DNA of 64,000 bases. Origin: Terriglobia bacterium. GTDB lineage: Bacteria; Acidobacteriota; Terriglobia; UBA7540. Positions within the stretch are counted from its first letter, which is position 1. Each line of letters begins with the position of its first letter. The stretch spans positions 1,233 through 65,232 of the forward strand of contig JASHPE010000213.1 in NCBI GenBank assembly GCA_030038235.1, in the 5' to 3' direction. The position numbers and the translations under genes were made by a program. Positions 30,101-39,903 of the stretch are shown here, one piece after another. The notes below the pieces were generated by a model. The model was not told the origin of the DNA and ran no database searches. It saw only the letters and a list, made by a program, of their open reading frames with translations.

Positions 30101-31096
30101 TTAGGGCTGGGGCGGGAGCGTGGATGCGGATTGCGAGCTTGCGTCGGGGCTTGCAGGCGGGGCGGGCGCTTCGCCTTCGAATCGCAGGCTGTGCTGCACC
30201 TGGGCGTGCTCGAAGTCGCCGTTGCTCATCGAGATGATGATATTGCGGGCCCAGAACATCACAACCCGAATACGAAACTCGGTCCCGAAGCTAACCGGGA
30301 ACCACACGCCGTCCGGCTGCCGGCTGTATTCCACGTCGAAACCCACACCCGGCAGATCCACAAGGAATTTGCGAATCAGGAAAGGAATGGGACGCGAAAG
30401 CTTGGTGTAAACGCGCACCGGCTCGAAATCGGCGGCATCGATGTAGGCCTCGCCGGCCCAATCGATGTCCGACTTGTCCTTGGGACCGAACTTGAGACGA
30501 TACGCGGGCCGGCCATGCACCGTTTCCTGGCCCAGGAGTTGAAAGCCATAGTCCTTCTGAGCGTCGGTGGTCAGCGGAAAGAGGTCTTTCGCCAAGCCGT
30601 CTTTTGACTTGTCATTCGTCAAATCGTCGCGAAAGTCGTGCGCCATGTCGCCGTCGACGCTGTCCTCGTCGGGCACCGGCTCACCGTGGAATGCTAGATA
30701 GCGTCCCTTCTGGCGATAGTAGCCCTCAATGTGTGTGAGGTTCTTTTTGGTGCCATCGGGAGTGGGCGTCACGAGGTAGTCGCTGGTCTCGTCGCGCATC
30801 CGCGTGCCATTGGCCTTTTGCAACATGACGTGGACGTGCTGATGGTAGATGTACTCGCTTCGCAGCGCTTCGGCGCGGTCCTGATTGGCAGCCACGCGGA
30901 CCATAATCTGGTTGGCGGTCAGCGGGGCGCCGGGGGCAGGCGTTGTGGGCGGTGCGGGCGCCGCAGCCGGCGTGTCGGACGGAACTAGGGCGGATTTCGG
31001 AGCCTCGACTGCGGGAGCGGAAGAGTTCGTCTGCGCTTGAACGCCTTGCGGCAATGCAATGAACCAGAGAACAGCGATAATGCGCATCCCACACAT
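30101..31096 (-). CDS. secreted hypothetical protein (possible LolA/lipoprotein-sorting-like fold)
   Basis: Signal peptide 'MRIIAVLWFIALPQGVQA', a Pro/Ala-rich linker and a beta-rich C-terminal domain. The fold assignment is tentative. Confidence 0.55.
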   Translation of the reverse strand: MCGMRIIAVLWFIALPQGVQAQTNSSAPAVEAPKSALVPSDTPAAAPAPPTTPAPGAPLTANQIMVRVAANQDRAEALRSEYIYHQHVHVMLQKANGTRMRDETSDYLVTPTPDGTKKNLTHIEGYYRQKGRYLAFHGEPVPDEDSVDGDMAHDFRDDLTNDKSKDGLAKDLFPLTTDAQKDYGFQLLGQETVHGRPAYRLKFGPKDKSDIDWAGEAYIDAADFEPVRVYTKLSRPIPFLIRKFLVDLPGVGFDVEYSRQPDGVWFPVSFGTEFRIRVVMFWARNIIISMSNGDFEHAQVQHSLRFEGEAPAPPASPDASSQSASTLPPQP

Positions 31097-31149
31097 GTGG
31101 CGATAACCCTCCGCATGGGATTACGTAAGGGACCGATGTTCGGGTGCAA

Positions 31150-31335
31150 AAGGATTTTGCCTGGGAGCGTGGGCATCTTGCCCGCTTTCCGTCTACGCAT
31201 CGGCCAACTACATAATGGAGCGACGCCGGCTGCACGTAGCGCCGGCATCTTGCCGGCTGTCGGGCGGGCGTCTCGCCCGCACTGGGGCTGGGGGCGAGAC
31301 GCCCCCAGATACAGCGGCCGGGACGGCCGCGCTAC
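31150..31335. repeat. cluster of GC-rich REP-like hairpins
   Basis: GGGCATCTTGCCCG, GCCGGCATCTTGCCGGC and GGGCGTCTCGCCC/GGGGCGAGACGCCCC palindromes lie between two minus-strand genes. Confidence 0.5.
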
Positions 31336-31349
31336 GGCCCGCGCTAGAC

Positions 31350-32501
31350 TCATCGGGCAAATGCCTGCAGAACGCGCAGGTAGTGAAGTACATCGTCGCG
31401 GGAGACGATCCCTACCACCTTGCCTCCATCGACCACGGGCAGTTGATTCACGCCGTCGCGTCCCATCTCCTCGAGCGCCGTCCAAAGCCCGGCGTCGGGG
31501 CGAGTGGTGGCCAGCTCTTGAATGGGCACCATAACCTGCGAAGCCGTGGTGGTGGGCCACTCCGAGCGCGGCACTTTGCCGATACCCGAAATCGTGACCA
31601 TGCCGGCCGGACCACCGTTCGAATTCACCAGCAGGTAGCGGGTGCCTCCGGTCAGGATGTGTTTGTCGATGATCTCCTGCAGTGGAACGTCGCCCGGAAC
31701 CTGCACGAAGTCGTGCTTCATGGCGTCCAGCACCTTGTGCTGGCCAAGGAGACTCCGTACAACCTCCGTCTGGAGCTGGCTTCCCGCCGCGCTTTCCAGG
31801 AACCAGCCAATGAAAGCAATCCAGAGTCCGTTGATGAGATTCCCGGCCAATACCTGCCACACGCCCAGAAAGATCAGGAGGAAGCCAAAGAATCGGCCCG
31901 TGGTGGCCGCAATGGTAGTTGCGCGCTGATACTTGCCCGTTATCCTCCATACGATCGCCCGGAAGACGCGCCCGCCGTCCAGGGGGAAGCCGGGAATCAG
32001 GTTGAACAGCCCGAGAATGAAATTGATGTAGGCCAGGTACTTTGCGAACGCGTACAGGGGCGGGGAAGCGGCGAGGTGCGGCGCGATGAGCCAGAAGATG
32101 GCAGCCAGCACGAAGCTCGTCAGCGGACCTGCAACTGCGATCCAGAACTCCACGGCGGCACTGGACGGTTCCGCCGCGATCTGGGAGACTCCGCCGAAAA
32201 TGAAGAGCGTGATCCGGGGAACCGAAAGTCCGAAACTCTTGGCCACCATCGAGTGCGCCAGCTCGTGGATCAAGACACTGGCGAACAGCATGAGCGCAGT
32301 CGCGATTCCCAGTAGCCAGTACTCAGAGCGCTCCCAGTGCGGGAACTCGGCCGGGTAGTAGCCGACCGCCAGCATCCAGGCAAGCAGGCCAAGGATCAGG
32401 AACCAGGAGTAGTCGAGGTCGATCGAAATCCCGGAGATCCGTCCTACGGGAATGCTGTGCCGAGTCAAATTCTCACCTTCTACGCCCGGCGCTCCGGGCA
32501 C
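31350..32501 (-). CDS. site-2 protease family (M50) zinc metalloprotease with tandem CBS domains
   Basis: 'HELAHSMVA' HExxH in a TM helix and 'NLIPGFPLDGGRV' (LDG motif). A C-terminal CBS pair is present ('LLVNSNGGPAGMVT', 'LPVVDGGKVVGIVS'). Confidence 0.85.
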   Translation of the reverse strand: MPGAPGVEGENLTRHSIPVGRISGISIDLDYSWFLILGLLAWMLAVGYYPAEFPHWERSEYWLLGIATALMLFASVLIHELAHSMVAKSFGLSVPRITLFIFGGVSQIAAEPSSAAVEFWIAVAGPLTSFVLAAIFWLIAPHLAASPPLYAFAKYLAYINFILGLFNLIPGFPLDGGRVFRAIVWRITGKYQRATTIAATTGRFFGFLLIFLGVWQVLAGNLINGLWIAFIGWFLESAAGSQLQTEVVRSLLGQHKVLDAMKHDFVQVPGDVPLQEIIDKHILTGGTRYLLVNSNGGPAGMVTISGIGKVPRSEWPTTTASQVMVPIQELATTRPDAGLWTALEEMGRDGVNQLPVVDGGKVVGIVSRDDVLHYLRVLQAFAR

Positions 32502-32681
32502 CCCCGTGTCTCACACAGCGGGTGCTGTCACCGCCGGCGGATTCTCACTGTGTTAGATGCCGCGCGAGCGGGAAATTGTCGGTTATCTCCAGGTGGGCAC
32601 TGGTACAGCGTCTTGGGGCAGACGGTTTTCACTGATCCGGATCAGGCCAAAGACCTCAGCTACCCCCGGCCACCATGGCCT

Positions 32682-32861
32682 TCAGGGGGACTCCACTTTC
32701 CGGTTCTCCTCCAAATCGAAAACGTGCCAGCCGCCGTCCTCGTGTTCCATCAGCGCTTTCAGCTTGCGGCGGGCTTCCTCCAGGGTTGAAACGGGTTGGA
32801 CTGCGTTGGGCGTGCCGTCAGGCAAGACATGAATCAGCACGTACCGTGATCTCTCGAACAT
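32682..32861 (-). CDS. unlisted small ORF (59 aa) MFERSRYVLIHVLPDGTPNAVQPVSTLEEARRKLKALMEHEDGGWHVFDLEENRKVESP
   Basis: Read by hand; it falls below the track's 60-aa cut-off. GAGAGG lies about 9 nt upstream of the ATG. Balanced, non-repetitive composition. Sits upstream of the M50 gene. Confidence 0.45.
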   Translation of the reverse strand: MFERSRYVLIHVLPDGTPNAVQPVSTLEEARRKLKALMEHEDGGWHVFDLEENRKVESP

Positions 32862-33391
32862 TGGCGGTTTGACCTCTCTTTGCGCGAACCACCCCCTTTC
32901 AGAACGTCCGGCGGCTGCCCAGGCAGCCGCGCGAATCCCTCAGGTGCAATCCCTCGGCCACCGTCAAGAACCATATGAAGATCAAGCGCTTTCGGGGACA
33001 TTCCTGCTCTCGAAGGGCCAAATCGTGTCAAATCTGACATCTCCGGCGCGAATTATTTTCTAAGGAGCGGTGCGGCGGCGGCGGTGCGGACCAATGTAGT
33101 TGCTCCCGCCCATGACAATGGGGATTTTGCACTGCGCGGCCTGACGACCATGGCGGCGCGGTCGGATCACAGGATTGTACATAAATGGTAATTAGGCTAG
33201 ATAGGCGTGCGGCTCTGCGCTTGCCTTGCGGAAAGCCTGCAGAGATGTGCGAGGAAAGATTACACCACTGAGCGCACAGAGAGCACGGAGAAGAAGGGCT
33301 CTGTGGCCTCCGTGATCTCCGTGGTGAAATGTGCTGTTTGGTTGCCGCTCACGACCGCGCTGTGTTTAATCTTTCGCGGAGCCGCTGGTTT

Positions 33392-34291
33392 TCAGGCGCT
33401 CACCAGCGCCACACCGGCGAAGATCAACGCGACGCCGCACCATTGCCGCCAGTGGAGGCGCTCCTTCAGCAGAACCCAGGAGAGAAGTATGATCACCACG
33501 CCGAACAGCGAGGTCAAGACCGTGACCACGGAAACACGTCCCGTAGCGAGTCCGAAGGTCGTGGCGACGAACCCTGCGGTGTCGAGCACGGCGGAGGCGG
33601 CCAGCGGCCATCGCACACCTCCAGGGGGAAGCACCGGCCGCGACTTCCGGCGCGCCGCGAGACCAACAATCAACGTGGCGCCGGCCAGCCGGATGATCCA
33701 GATGGGCACCACGCCGCCGAGCGTCGGGGTCACATGAAAGCCAAGCACCCAGAAGGCGAATCCGAAGCAGAAAGCCGCTGCCAGAGCCCAACCCACTCCC
33801 GCGTGGGAGCCGTGAACGCCGGACCGGGGTGCGATTTCAGCAGACTGCGCGGCGGCCCTCGCGATGGGGATCACAGCCAGCATGATGCCGAAGAGTATGA
33901 GCGGGATTCCGACGGTGCTACTGGCCTTTAATCGTTCGCCGGAAGCAAGCGCGAGGACGACAGTGAGCCCCGGATAGCTCGCCGCGATAGGTGTGACCAG
34001 CGCCATCTTGCCGATCGCGAAAGCGCGATAGAGGGAAATCGAGCCGACGATGTTCAGGATCGCGGCAAGCATCGCCCAGTCATCCGCGCGTCGCGCCGGA
34101 CCGGCAAGTGTTATCGCAAGACGCCAGTGCGGATCGCGGGTGATGGCGAGATAGATCGTGAGCGCGCTGAGGCCCACGCATTGCGCCAGGATGAACGTGC
34201 GTATGGGCCCGATGAGCCGCGAGACGTGCCGGGCCAGGAAATCAGCGCCGGCCCAGGAGAATGCTCCGAGAAGCCCAAAAAGGACGGCCAA
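33392..34291 (-). CDS. EamA/DMT-family transporter
   Basis: Ten predicted TM segments in two EamA-like halves. 299 aa. Confidence 0.8.
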   Translation of the reverse strand: MAVLFGLLGAFSWAGADFLARHVSRLIGPIRTFILAQCVGLSALTIYLAITRDPHWRLAITLAGPARRADDWAMLAAILNIVGSISLYRAFAIGKMALVTPIAASYPGLTVVLALASGERLKASSTVGIPLILFGIMLAVIPIARAAAQSAEIAPRSGVHGSHAGVGWALAAAFCFGFAFWVLGFHVTPTLGGVVPIWIIRLAGATLIVGLAARRKSRPVLPPGGVRWPLAASAVLDTAGFVATTFGLATGRVSVVTVLTSLFGVVIILLSWVLLKERLHWRQWCGVALIFAGVALVSA

Positions 34292-34391
34292 GGATGTTCC
34301 TCAGATTATTCGAAATGGGATTTTCCGAAGTCGTAACCAGGTGCCGCCATTTACTCAGCATCGTAAGTGGATGCTGAAAACCCCCAAGCAG

Positions 34392-34467
34392 GTCATTCCG
34401 AGCCCAGCGAAGAATCTCGTATATCCTTTCTTTGCTGAGCGAGACTCTTCGCTGCGCTCGGAATGAC
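34392..34467. repeat. REP-like inverted repeat (GTCATTCCGAGC...GCTCGGAATGAC)
   Basis: 28-nt arms GTCATTCCGAGCCCAGCGAAGAATCTCG / CGAGACTCTTCGCTGCGCTCGGAATGAC. Related in its outer 8 nt to 42591-42677. Confidence 0.6.
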
Positions 34468-34493
34468 ATGCGAACGGACTTATGACGCCATGT

Positions 34494-35285
34494 TTAGAAG
34501 ACGCCCTTGGCGAATCCGCCGTCGACCGCGATCGACGTACCGGTGATGTAGCTGGCGCGTTCGGAAGCGAGAAAGACCACCAGGTTCGCGAACTCCTCGG
34601 GTGTGCCCAGGCGCCTGAGCGGAATCTGGCTGGACCAGCGCCGGTGAATCTCCGCAGGTTCCACACCCTCGCTCGCCGCGAGGCGTCCCGAAAGATCGTC
34701 GAGGCGGGCCGTTCGCGTGAATCCCGGGCAGACGTTGTTGATCAGAACGTTGTCGCTCCCGTATTCGTTGGAGAGCGTTTTCACCAGGCCCACCGTTGCC
34801 TCGCGGACGGCGTTCGAGAGTACCAGGCCATCGATCGGCTGCTTCACGGCGATCGAGGTGATGGTGATGAATCGGCCCCACTTGGCCTTGTGCATCACGG
34901 GCAGGGTCTCGCGTGCGAAATAGAGGGTACTCATGAGATTCAACTGCACGGCGCGCTGCCAGTCTTCAACCGTGGTCGCGGCAAAAGGCTTCGACGGCGG
35001 ACCACCCGCGTTGGTCACCACCACGTCGAGGCGGCCGAATTGTGCAAGCGCCGCTTGCACAAAGCTCCGGACCTTGTCTTCGGCGGTTACGTCCAGGGGC
35101 TGCGCCAGGACCTCGACACCGGTCTCGCGCCGGATCTCATCGGCTGTGGCGGCAAGCGTCGATTCCGTGCGCGCGCAGAGGGCCAGCTTCGCGCCCTCGC
35201 GACCGAGGCCAAGCGCCACCGCCTTGCCGAGGCCTTCACTCGAGGCCGCCACGATGGCGACCCGGTCCTTAAGTCCAAGCTGCAT
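34494..35285 (-). CDS. SDR-family oxidoreductase (FabG-like)
   Basis: 'VAIVAASSEGLGKAVA' cofactor motif, 'NAGG', and a C-terminal 'YITGTSIAVDGG'. Confidence 0.85.
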   Translation of the reverse strand: MQLGLKDRVAIVAASSEGLGKAVALGLGREGAKLALCARTESTLAATADEIRRETGVEVLAQPLDVTAEDKVRSFVQAALAQFGRLDVVVTNAGGPPSKPFAATTVEDWQRAVQLNLMSTLYFARETLPVMHKAKWGRFITITSIAVKQPIDGLVLSNAVREATVGLVKTLSNEYGSDNVLINNVCPGFTRTARLDDLSGRLAASEGVEPAEIHRRWSSQIPLRRLGTPEEFANLVVFLASERASYITGTSIAVDGGFAKGVF

Positions 35286-35323
35286 GATTTGCCTCCCTGT
35301 CCGGCGCTACGCTCGCCAGATAG

Positions 35324-35524
35324 TGTCCTAATCTCAGACGTAGGATTTTAGCGCTTGCATTCGGGACCGTACTGATGTATTTGATTGTCGCGCGCCCATT
35401 GAGGAGCAGGAGCGTCGCCCGGCATTACGGCGAGGAGTACGCCGCCTACGCGCGATCCATTCCGCGATTCCTGCCCCGCTGGCGGCGTTCAGCGCGCAAA
35501 AACGGTGCGACATCCGCACCTTGA
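35324..35524 (+). pseudogene. 3' remnant of an isoprenylcysteine carboxyl / phospholipid methyltransferase-like gene
   Basis: A start-less open frame translating to '...LAFGTVLMYLIVARPLRSRSVARHYGEEYAAYARSIPRFLP...'. The 'YGEEYxxYxxxxPRFxP' tail is typical of the ICMT/PEMT family C-terminus. An adjacent frame reads 'PIEEQERR', so a frameshift is possible. Confidence 0.35.
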
Positions 35525-35538
35525 ATCAGGAGGTCTCG

Positions 35539-36696
35539 ATGGGTAAGCATTTCATCGGAATTCTCGCTCTGATCGTCATGGGAGTTGCTGTGCCGCTCTC
35601 CGCCCAGCAGCCGTGTCCTGGATTGACGGTCGTGGTCAATAGCCCGGAGGACCAGATGATGCTGGCCGTCAACGGCGCTGACAGCCCGCAGGACCAGATC
35701 ACGGCGCTCGACAAGTATGCCGCGGAGCACGCCGACGCGCCGGCCATGACCTGCGCCAACGAGCTTTACACGGCCACTTACGTGAAGGAGAACGACTTCG
35801 CCAAGGCGATCGCCGCGGGCGAGAAGGACCTGGCGGCCAATTATCTCGACGCCAATCTGGCCATCAACCTCGCCAAAGCTTACGTGGGCGCGGGACAAGC
35901 CAGTGACAGCGCCTTCGCAGTGATCGACAAGGCGCCGGGCGTGATCAAGACGGAAGCCAATCCCCCCAAGCCGTCGAACACGAGCGACGCGGCGTGGCAA
36001 TCGAACCTGCAAGCCTGGGCTGAGAGCGCCAAGCAGCAGCGCGCCTACATGGAATATGCGTTCTTCCAGCTTCTGGCGCGCGTGCCGGACGCCAACAAGC
36101 GGATCCAATATCTGGACGCCTTCTCGACGGCTTATGCCGACAGCCCCAATCTCGGCGGCATCTATGCCCAGTATGTGGTCGCTTATGGCGGCCTCAACAA
36201 CGGCGCCAAGGCTGACGAATACGCCGAGAAGGCCGTGACCGCATCGCCTGACGACGTAGCCACGCTCAATCTGGTCGCCGACAATTACGCTACGCGCCAA
36301 GTCCACCTCGACAAGGCCGAGGCCGACGCGAAAAAGGCACTCGATCTCGCGACGGCCATGAAGAAACCGGACGGGGTCTCAGACGCTGATTTCCAGGCAC
36401 AGCAGAACCTGGAACTCGCAGCCGCCCACCTCACGCTTGGCTTCGTTGCCTTTCAGCACGGCAGCGCCACCCACAAGATGACGGGCGCGATTCAGGAACT
36501 GAAGACGGCGGCGGATCTCGGCAAGGCCAATCCCGCGCTTCAGGCACGGGCATTCTTCTACCTGGGCTATGCCTACGAGGAGGTGGCACCACCGAATCAT
36601 CGCGCTGCCGCCGAGGCGCTCACGCAGGCAGCGAGTCTGCAGAGTCCCTGGCAGAGTCAGGCGCAAGCTCTGCTGGCCAAGATTCCGAAGAAGTGA
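35539..36696 (+). CDS. secreted alpha-helical (TPR-like) protein
   Basis: Signal peptide 'MGKHFIGILALIVMGVAVPLSA' and Ala-rich helical repeats ('ARAFFYLGYAYEE'). CAGGAGG lies ahead of ATG 35539. Confidence 0.6.
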   Translation: MGKHFIGILALIVMGVAVPLSAQQPCPGLTVVVNSPEDQMMLAVNGADSPQDQITALDKYAAEHADAPAMTCANELYTATYVKENDFAKAIAAGEKDLAANYLDANLAINLAKAYVGAGQASDSAFAVIDKAPGVIKTEANPPKPSNTSDAAWQSNLQAWAESAKQQRAYMEYAFFQLLARVPDANKRIQYLDAFSTAYADSPNLGGIYAQYVVAYGGLNNGAKADEYAEKAVTASPDDVATLNLVADNYATRQVHLDKAEADAKKALDLATAMKKPDGVSDADFQAQQNLELAAAHLTLGFVAFQHGSATHKMTGAIQELKTAADLGKANPALQARAFFYLGYAYEEVAPPNHRAAAEALTQAASLQSPWQSQAQALLAKIPKK

Positions 36697-36799
36697 GGCG
36701 CAGCTGACGATTGAAGGCCCGATGGCTCTCACTCCAGAGGTGGGGTTGTAAGGATCGCGGGACGGAGATCCTTTAGACTTGCGCCGGGAAGCAGCGCAA

Positions 36800-37693
36800 C
36801 TATCTGCTGAGAAACTTGGCTGGATTAACGGGCGTTGAGTTCACCCGCACTTCGTAGTGAAGGTGGGGTCCGGTCGATTTGCCGGTCATGCCCACGGCCC
36901 CGATTACCTCCCCGCGCTTCACTTCCTGCCCTGCCACCACGTCGACCTCGCTCAGATGCGCATACTTGGTGGTTATACCGTCGCCGTGGTCGATGATAAT
37001 CTCGTTGCCAAAACCTGATTCATGACGTCCGGCTTCTACGACCACTCCGTCGCCTGTGGACTCGACCTCAGTACCTTTGGGGGCGGAGATGTCCACGCCC
37101 GTGTGTACGGCCTCTTCGCCGCTGAGCGGGTCCATGCGCTCACCGAATCCCCCGGTGATCTGGCCGCGGACGGGCCACAAAGTCGGAATCGCAGCTCGGT
37201 CGAAGCTTACGCTGGGGATCAGCGCCTGCACAACCGGGTCCGGCGGCGGGGTCAGGGCGGCGGTCCTCATCAGGTTGAAAGCATAAAGGGAAGCGTTGTA
37301 GCTGGCTTCGAGGGTGGAGTTGCTTTCAGTGGCAAGGGTCAGAAGGGCTTGAGAAAGCTGGGGCCGCGAGCGCCTCCCAAATCCGTAGGTCAGCGCGACA
37401 TCGGAGGCCAGAGATTCCAGGGAAACCAGCTTGGCATTGGCGCTGGTGGCCGAAGTTTCCAGCGTCTGGTACTGCGTCTTGAGAGCCTCCCGCTGGCTAC
37501 GTACATCGTCGTAGTTGGCCACTTTTACCAGCATCCGCGCGTAACTGTTTGCCAGGGCGGCCAAGCCGATCAGCGCACCGAACCCAATCACCACTGCCAG
37601 ATGCGCGACATAGTGTGGCAACTGGATTTTGCGCAGCCGCCCGTGCGGGGCGACGATCAAAAAGGTGTAGTACTTCCTGGTAGACGACATCAA
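36800..37693 (-). CDS. M23-family peptidoglycan metalloendopeptidase
   Basis: N-terminal TM helix and coiled coil. 'HTGVDISAP' (HxxxD) and 'GPHLHYEV' (HxH) motifs. Confidence 0.85.
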   Translation of the reverse strand: MMSSTRKYYTFLIVAPHGRLRKIQLPHYVAHLAVVIGFGALIGLAALANSYARMLVKVANYDDVRSQREALKTQYQTLETSATSANAKLVSLESLASDVALTYGFGRRSRPQLSQALLTLATESNSTLEASYNASLYAFNLMRTAALTPPPDPVVQALIPSVSFDRAAIPTLWPVRGQITGGFGERMDPLSGEEAVHTGVDISAPKGTEVESTGDGVVVEAGRHESGFGNEIIIDHGDGITTKYAHLSEVDVVAGQEVKRGEVIGAVGMTGKSTGPHLHYEVRVNSTPVNPAKFLSR

Positions 37694-37911
37694 ACCCCCG
37701 AAACCCGACTGATTAACTGCCGCATGTGCGTGCGATCGATCGCAGCGGAAGGTATTGCAAGAACAGCCAAGAGAGCTACAAGAAGCGCGTGCAACTGCCT
37801 CCGAGGAATTGCACCCTCAACTTAAGGCCTGAAGGGGTGGCATGTCAACCCTAAAGTGCCTGACCCACGAGTTGATAGTCGGTCCAGACTGTTTATAATC
37901 GACCCCGGTCG

Positions 37912-38892
37912 TCACGCCCAACGGGTGCAAATCGACTCTATGGCATCGATCATCCTCTCCGCCGCGATCGAGTCGAGGCAGACGTCGAGGTTCGGGTCCG
38001 CATGAACAGCGGCGTTCCGCATGCTCCAGATCTCGCGGAGCCGGGGCTGTTCCTCCAAGGCGATGTGCCCGTCCTGAACCATGCGATTGATCAGGTTGTA
38101 CGCCCAGCGCTCGCCCGTCGCACTTGACGCCGAATAGAGTCGTTTCGCGGCAGCCCGCAGACGGCGTTCGTACTCTTCGCCGGCGATCATGGCGGCGAGC
38201 TTTGGGCTCTCTTCAGCCAGGATGCGGGCGAGCTCGAGACTGCCATAATTCTTGAGGAAGGGCCGGACCACCTGAGCCGCACGTCGCCGTTGCACCCAGA
38301 TATCCTCTCCAAAGGAGCAATCGACGCCGTTCCGGCGCTCACCTCGGACCCGGCTGGCCAGTTCCTCGTCGGAGACCATCTGCTGGTAAGTCCACAACGC
38401 CGTTTCGGCTTCCGCCACGGACCGCAGCCGGAAGTGGTCCTGCCAGAGACCGAGTTCATTGCAGTACTCGACATACAGGTCCGTGCTGCGGGCCCGCTGG
38501 ATTTGAAGCAGAGCAATCACCGGCGTGCTGAACACACCGAAGCGCTCGGGGTAAGTGAACCGCAACAGTAGCGACGTAGTACCGATATTGTGAAAGACGG
38601 CCAGCAAGCGCTGGATCAGACCGTGCGGGTCATCGCCGACCGGGGCCAATCTCAGCCGCTGGGCCCGCAGAATCGCGTCAAGCTCCTTCAGGTTTGGCCG
38701 CGGCCAGTAGCGTGCGAAGGGCGTGTTCCCAGGCTCAAAGAGCTTTTCCACGTGGCTGGCGGTCAACCATTGGCTCTCGCTGCGCAAGTAGGCGAAGCTC
38801 TTCTCGAGCTTATCGAATCGATACGCCTGGCCGAACTTGATGCGGCAGACGTCGTCGAAGCGGGCGAGGTACAACTTGAGGTTCAGAGGCAC
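37912..38892 (-). CDS. hypothetical protein with C-terminal HEPN-like (DUF4145-like) motif
   Basis: The last roughly 70 aa contain 'LREIWSMRNAAVHADPN', i.e. the R-x4-H HEPN signature in a helical context. The N-terminal roughly 230 aa are unassigned. It is a single gene with its own flanks. Confidence 0.6.
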   Translation of the reverse strand: MPLNLKLYLARFDDVCRIKFGQAYRFDKLEKSFAYLRSESQWLTASHVEKLFEPGNTPFARYWPRPNLKELDAILRAQRLRLAPVGDDPHGLIQRLLAVFHNIGTTSLLLRFTYPERFGVFSTPVIALLQIQRARSTDLYVEYCNELGLWQDHFRLRSVAEAETALWTYQQMVSDEELASRVRGERRNGVDCSFGEDIWVQRRRAAQVVRPFLKNYGSLELARILAEESPKLAAMIAGEEYERRLRAAAKRLYSASSATGERWAYNLINRMVQDGHIALEEQPRLREIWSMRNAAVHADPNLDVCLDSIAAERMIDAIESICTRWA

Positions 38893-39026
38893 CGAAATAG
38901 ACTACAGGCGACTCGTCCCGGAGAAAAGTCCGAAGTTTAACACCCTGGGGCTCGGAATCGTGGCTGCCGATTTCAGATCGTGAGTTCACTCTTCACGCTG
39001 GAGCCTTCTGCGCTATCATCGGTCAG

Positions 39027-39884
39027 ATGCTCGATGCGATTGTGACCGTAGTCGAAAATCGTCCCCTCAGCGGCGGCCATTTTGTGCTGAGCGTGCGTTC
39101 GCCGTGCCAGGCGCAAGCCGCGCGGCCTGGCCAGTTCGCCATGATAAGGCTGCTTGGCCATGCTGACGTGCTGCTGCGCCGGCCGATGAGCATCTATGAC
39201 GTGCGCCCAGGTAGAAACGGCAACCAGGCTCAACCGGAGCCTCAGGTGCTCGATTTTCTCTACAAGGTCGTCGGACGCGGCACAGCGCTGATGGCAACCC
39301 TGAAACCTGGCGATCGGGTTGGATTGCTGGCGCCGCTCGGGCACGGATTCTTCGCCGAGGACTATCTCGCTGAAGCGCGCGGGGGCGATGAGGTCCTGCA
39401 CGTGGCGGGCGGCATCGGAATCGCGGCACTGCTCTTGCCGGCGCGGGAACTGGCGGCTGCGGGCGTGAAGCAGCGGCTGTTCTTCGGTGGGCGGACACAC
39501 GCCGACCTGGTTGGCGTGGACGAGTTCAGCCCCTACGTCAGCGAGACTGCGCTGGCAACCGAGGACGGTTCGCTGGGGCATCACGGGTACGTCACAGCTC
39601 CTCTCAGTTCCTATCTCGAGGCGCAACCGGGCAAGCGGCTGCTAATTCTCGCCTGCGGACCCTGGGCAATGCTCGAAGCCACAGTGTCGCTGGCGCGGCG
39701 ATACGGCCAGCGATGTCTGGTCTCGATGGAGAATCGCATGGGCTGCGCCCTTGGCGTGTGCCTGGGCTGCTCCATTCGTGTGCAGGGCGAGGGGCATGGC
39801 TCCTACGAGCGCGTTTGCACCGAAGGACCGGTGTTCTGGTCAGAGCACGTCGTGTGGGGTGAGGAACGGCTACCGAAGACTTAA
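39027..39884 (+). CDS. pyrK: dihydroorotate dehydrogenase (type 1B) electron-transfer subunit
   Basis: FNR-like fold ('GQFAMIRL', 'LHVAGGIGIAALL') and a C-terminal 2Fe-2S 'CALGVCLGCSIRV...CTEGPVF'. Confidence 0.85.
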   Translation: MLDAIVTVVENRPLSGGHFVLSVRSPCQAQAARPGQFAMIRLLGHADVLLRRPMSIYDVRPGRNGNQAQPEPQVLDFLYKVVGRGTALMATLKPGDRVGLLAPLGHGFFAEDYLAEARGGDEVLHVAGGIGIAALLLPARELAAAGVKQRLFFGGRTHADLVGVDEFSPYVSETALATEDGSLGHHGYVTAPLSSYLEAQPGKRLLILACGPWAMLEATVSLARRYGQRCLVSMENRMGCALGVCLGCSIRVQGEGHGSYERVCTEGPVFWSEHVVWGEERLPKT

Positions 39885-39903
39885 TCGGCAGCCGGAATCG
39901 ATC

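Noticed and set aside
31215-32315. 366-aa plus-strand ORF
   Set aside because: Antisense to the M50/CBS protease (HELAH motif). The translation is Arg/Gly/Pro-rich and begins inside a REP cluster.
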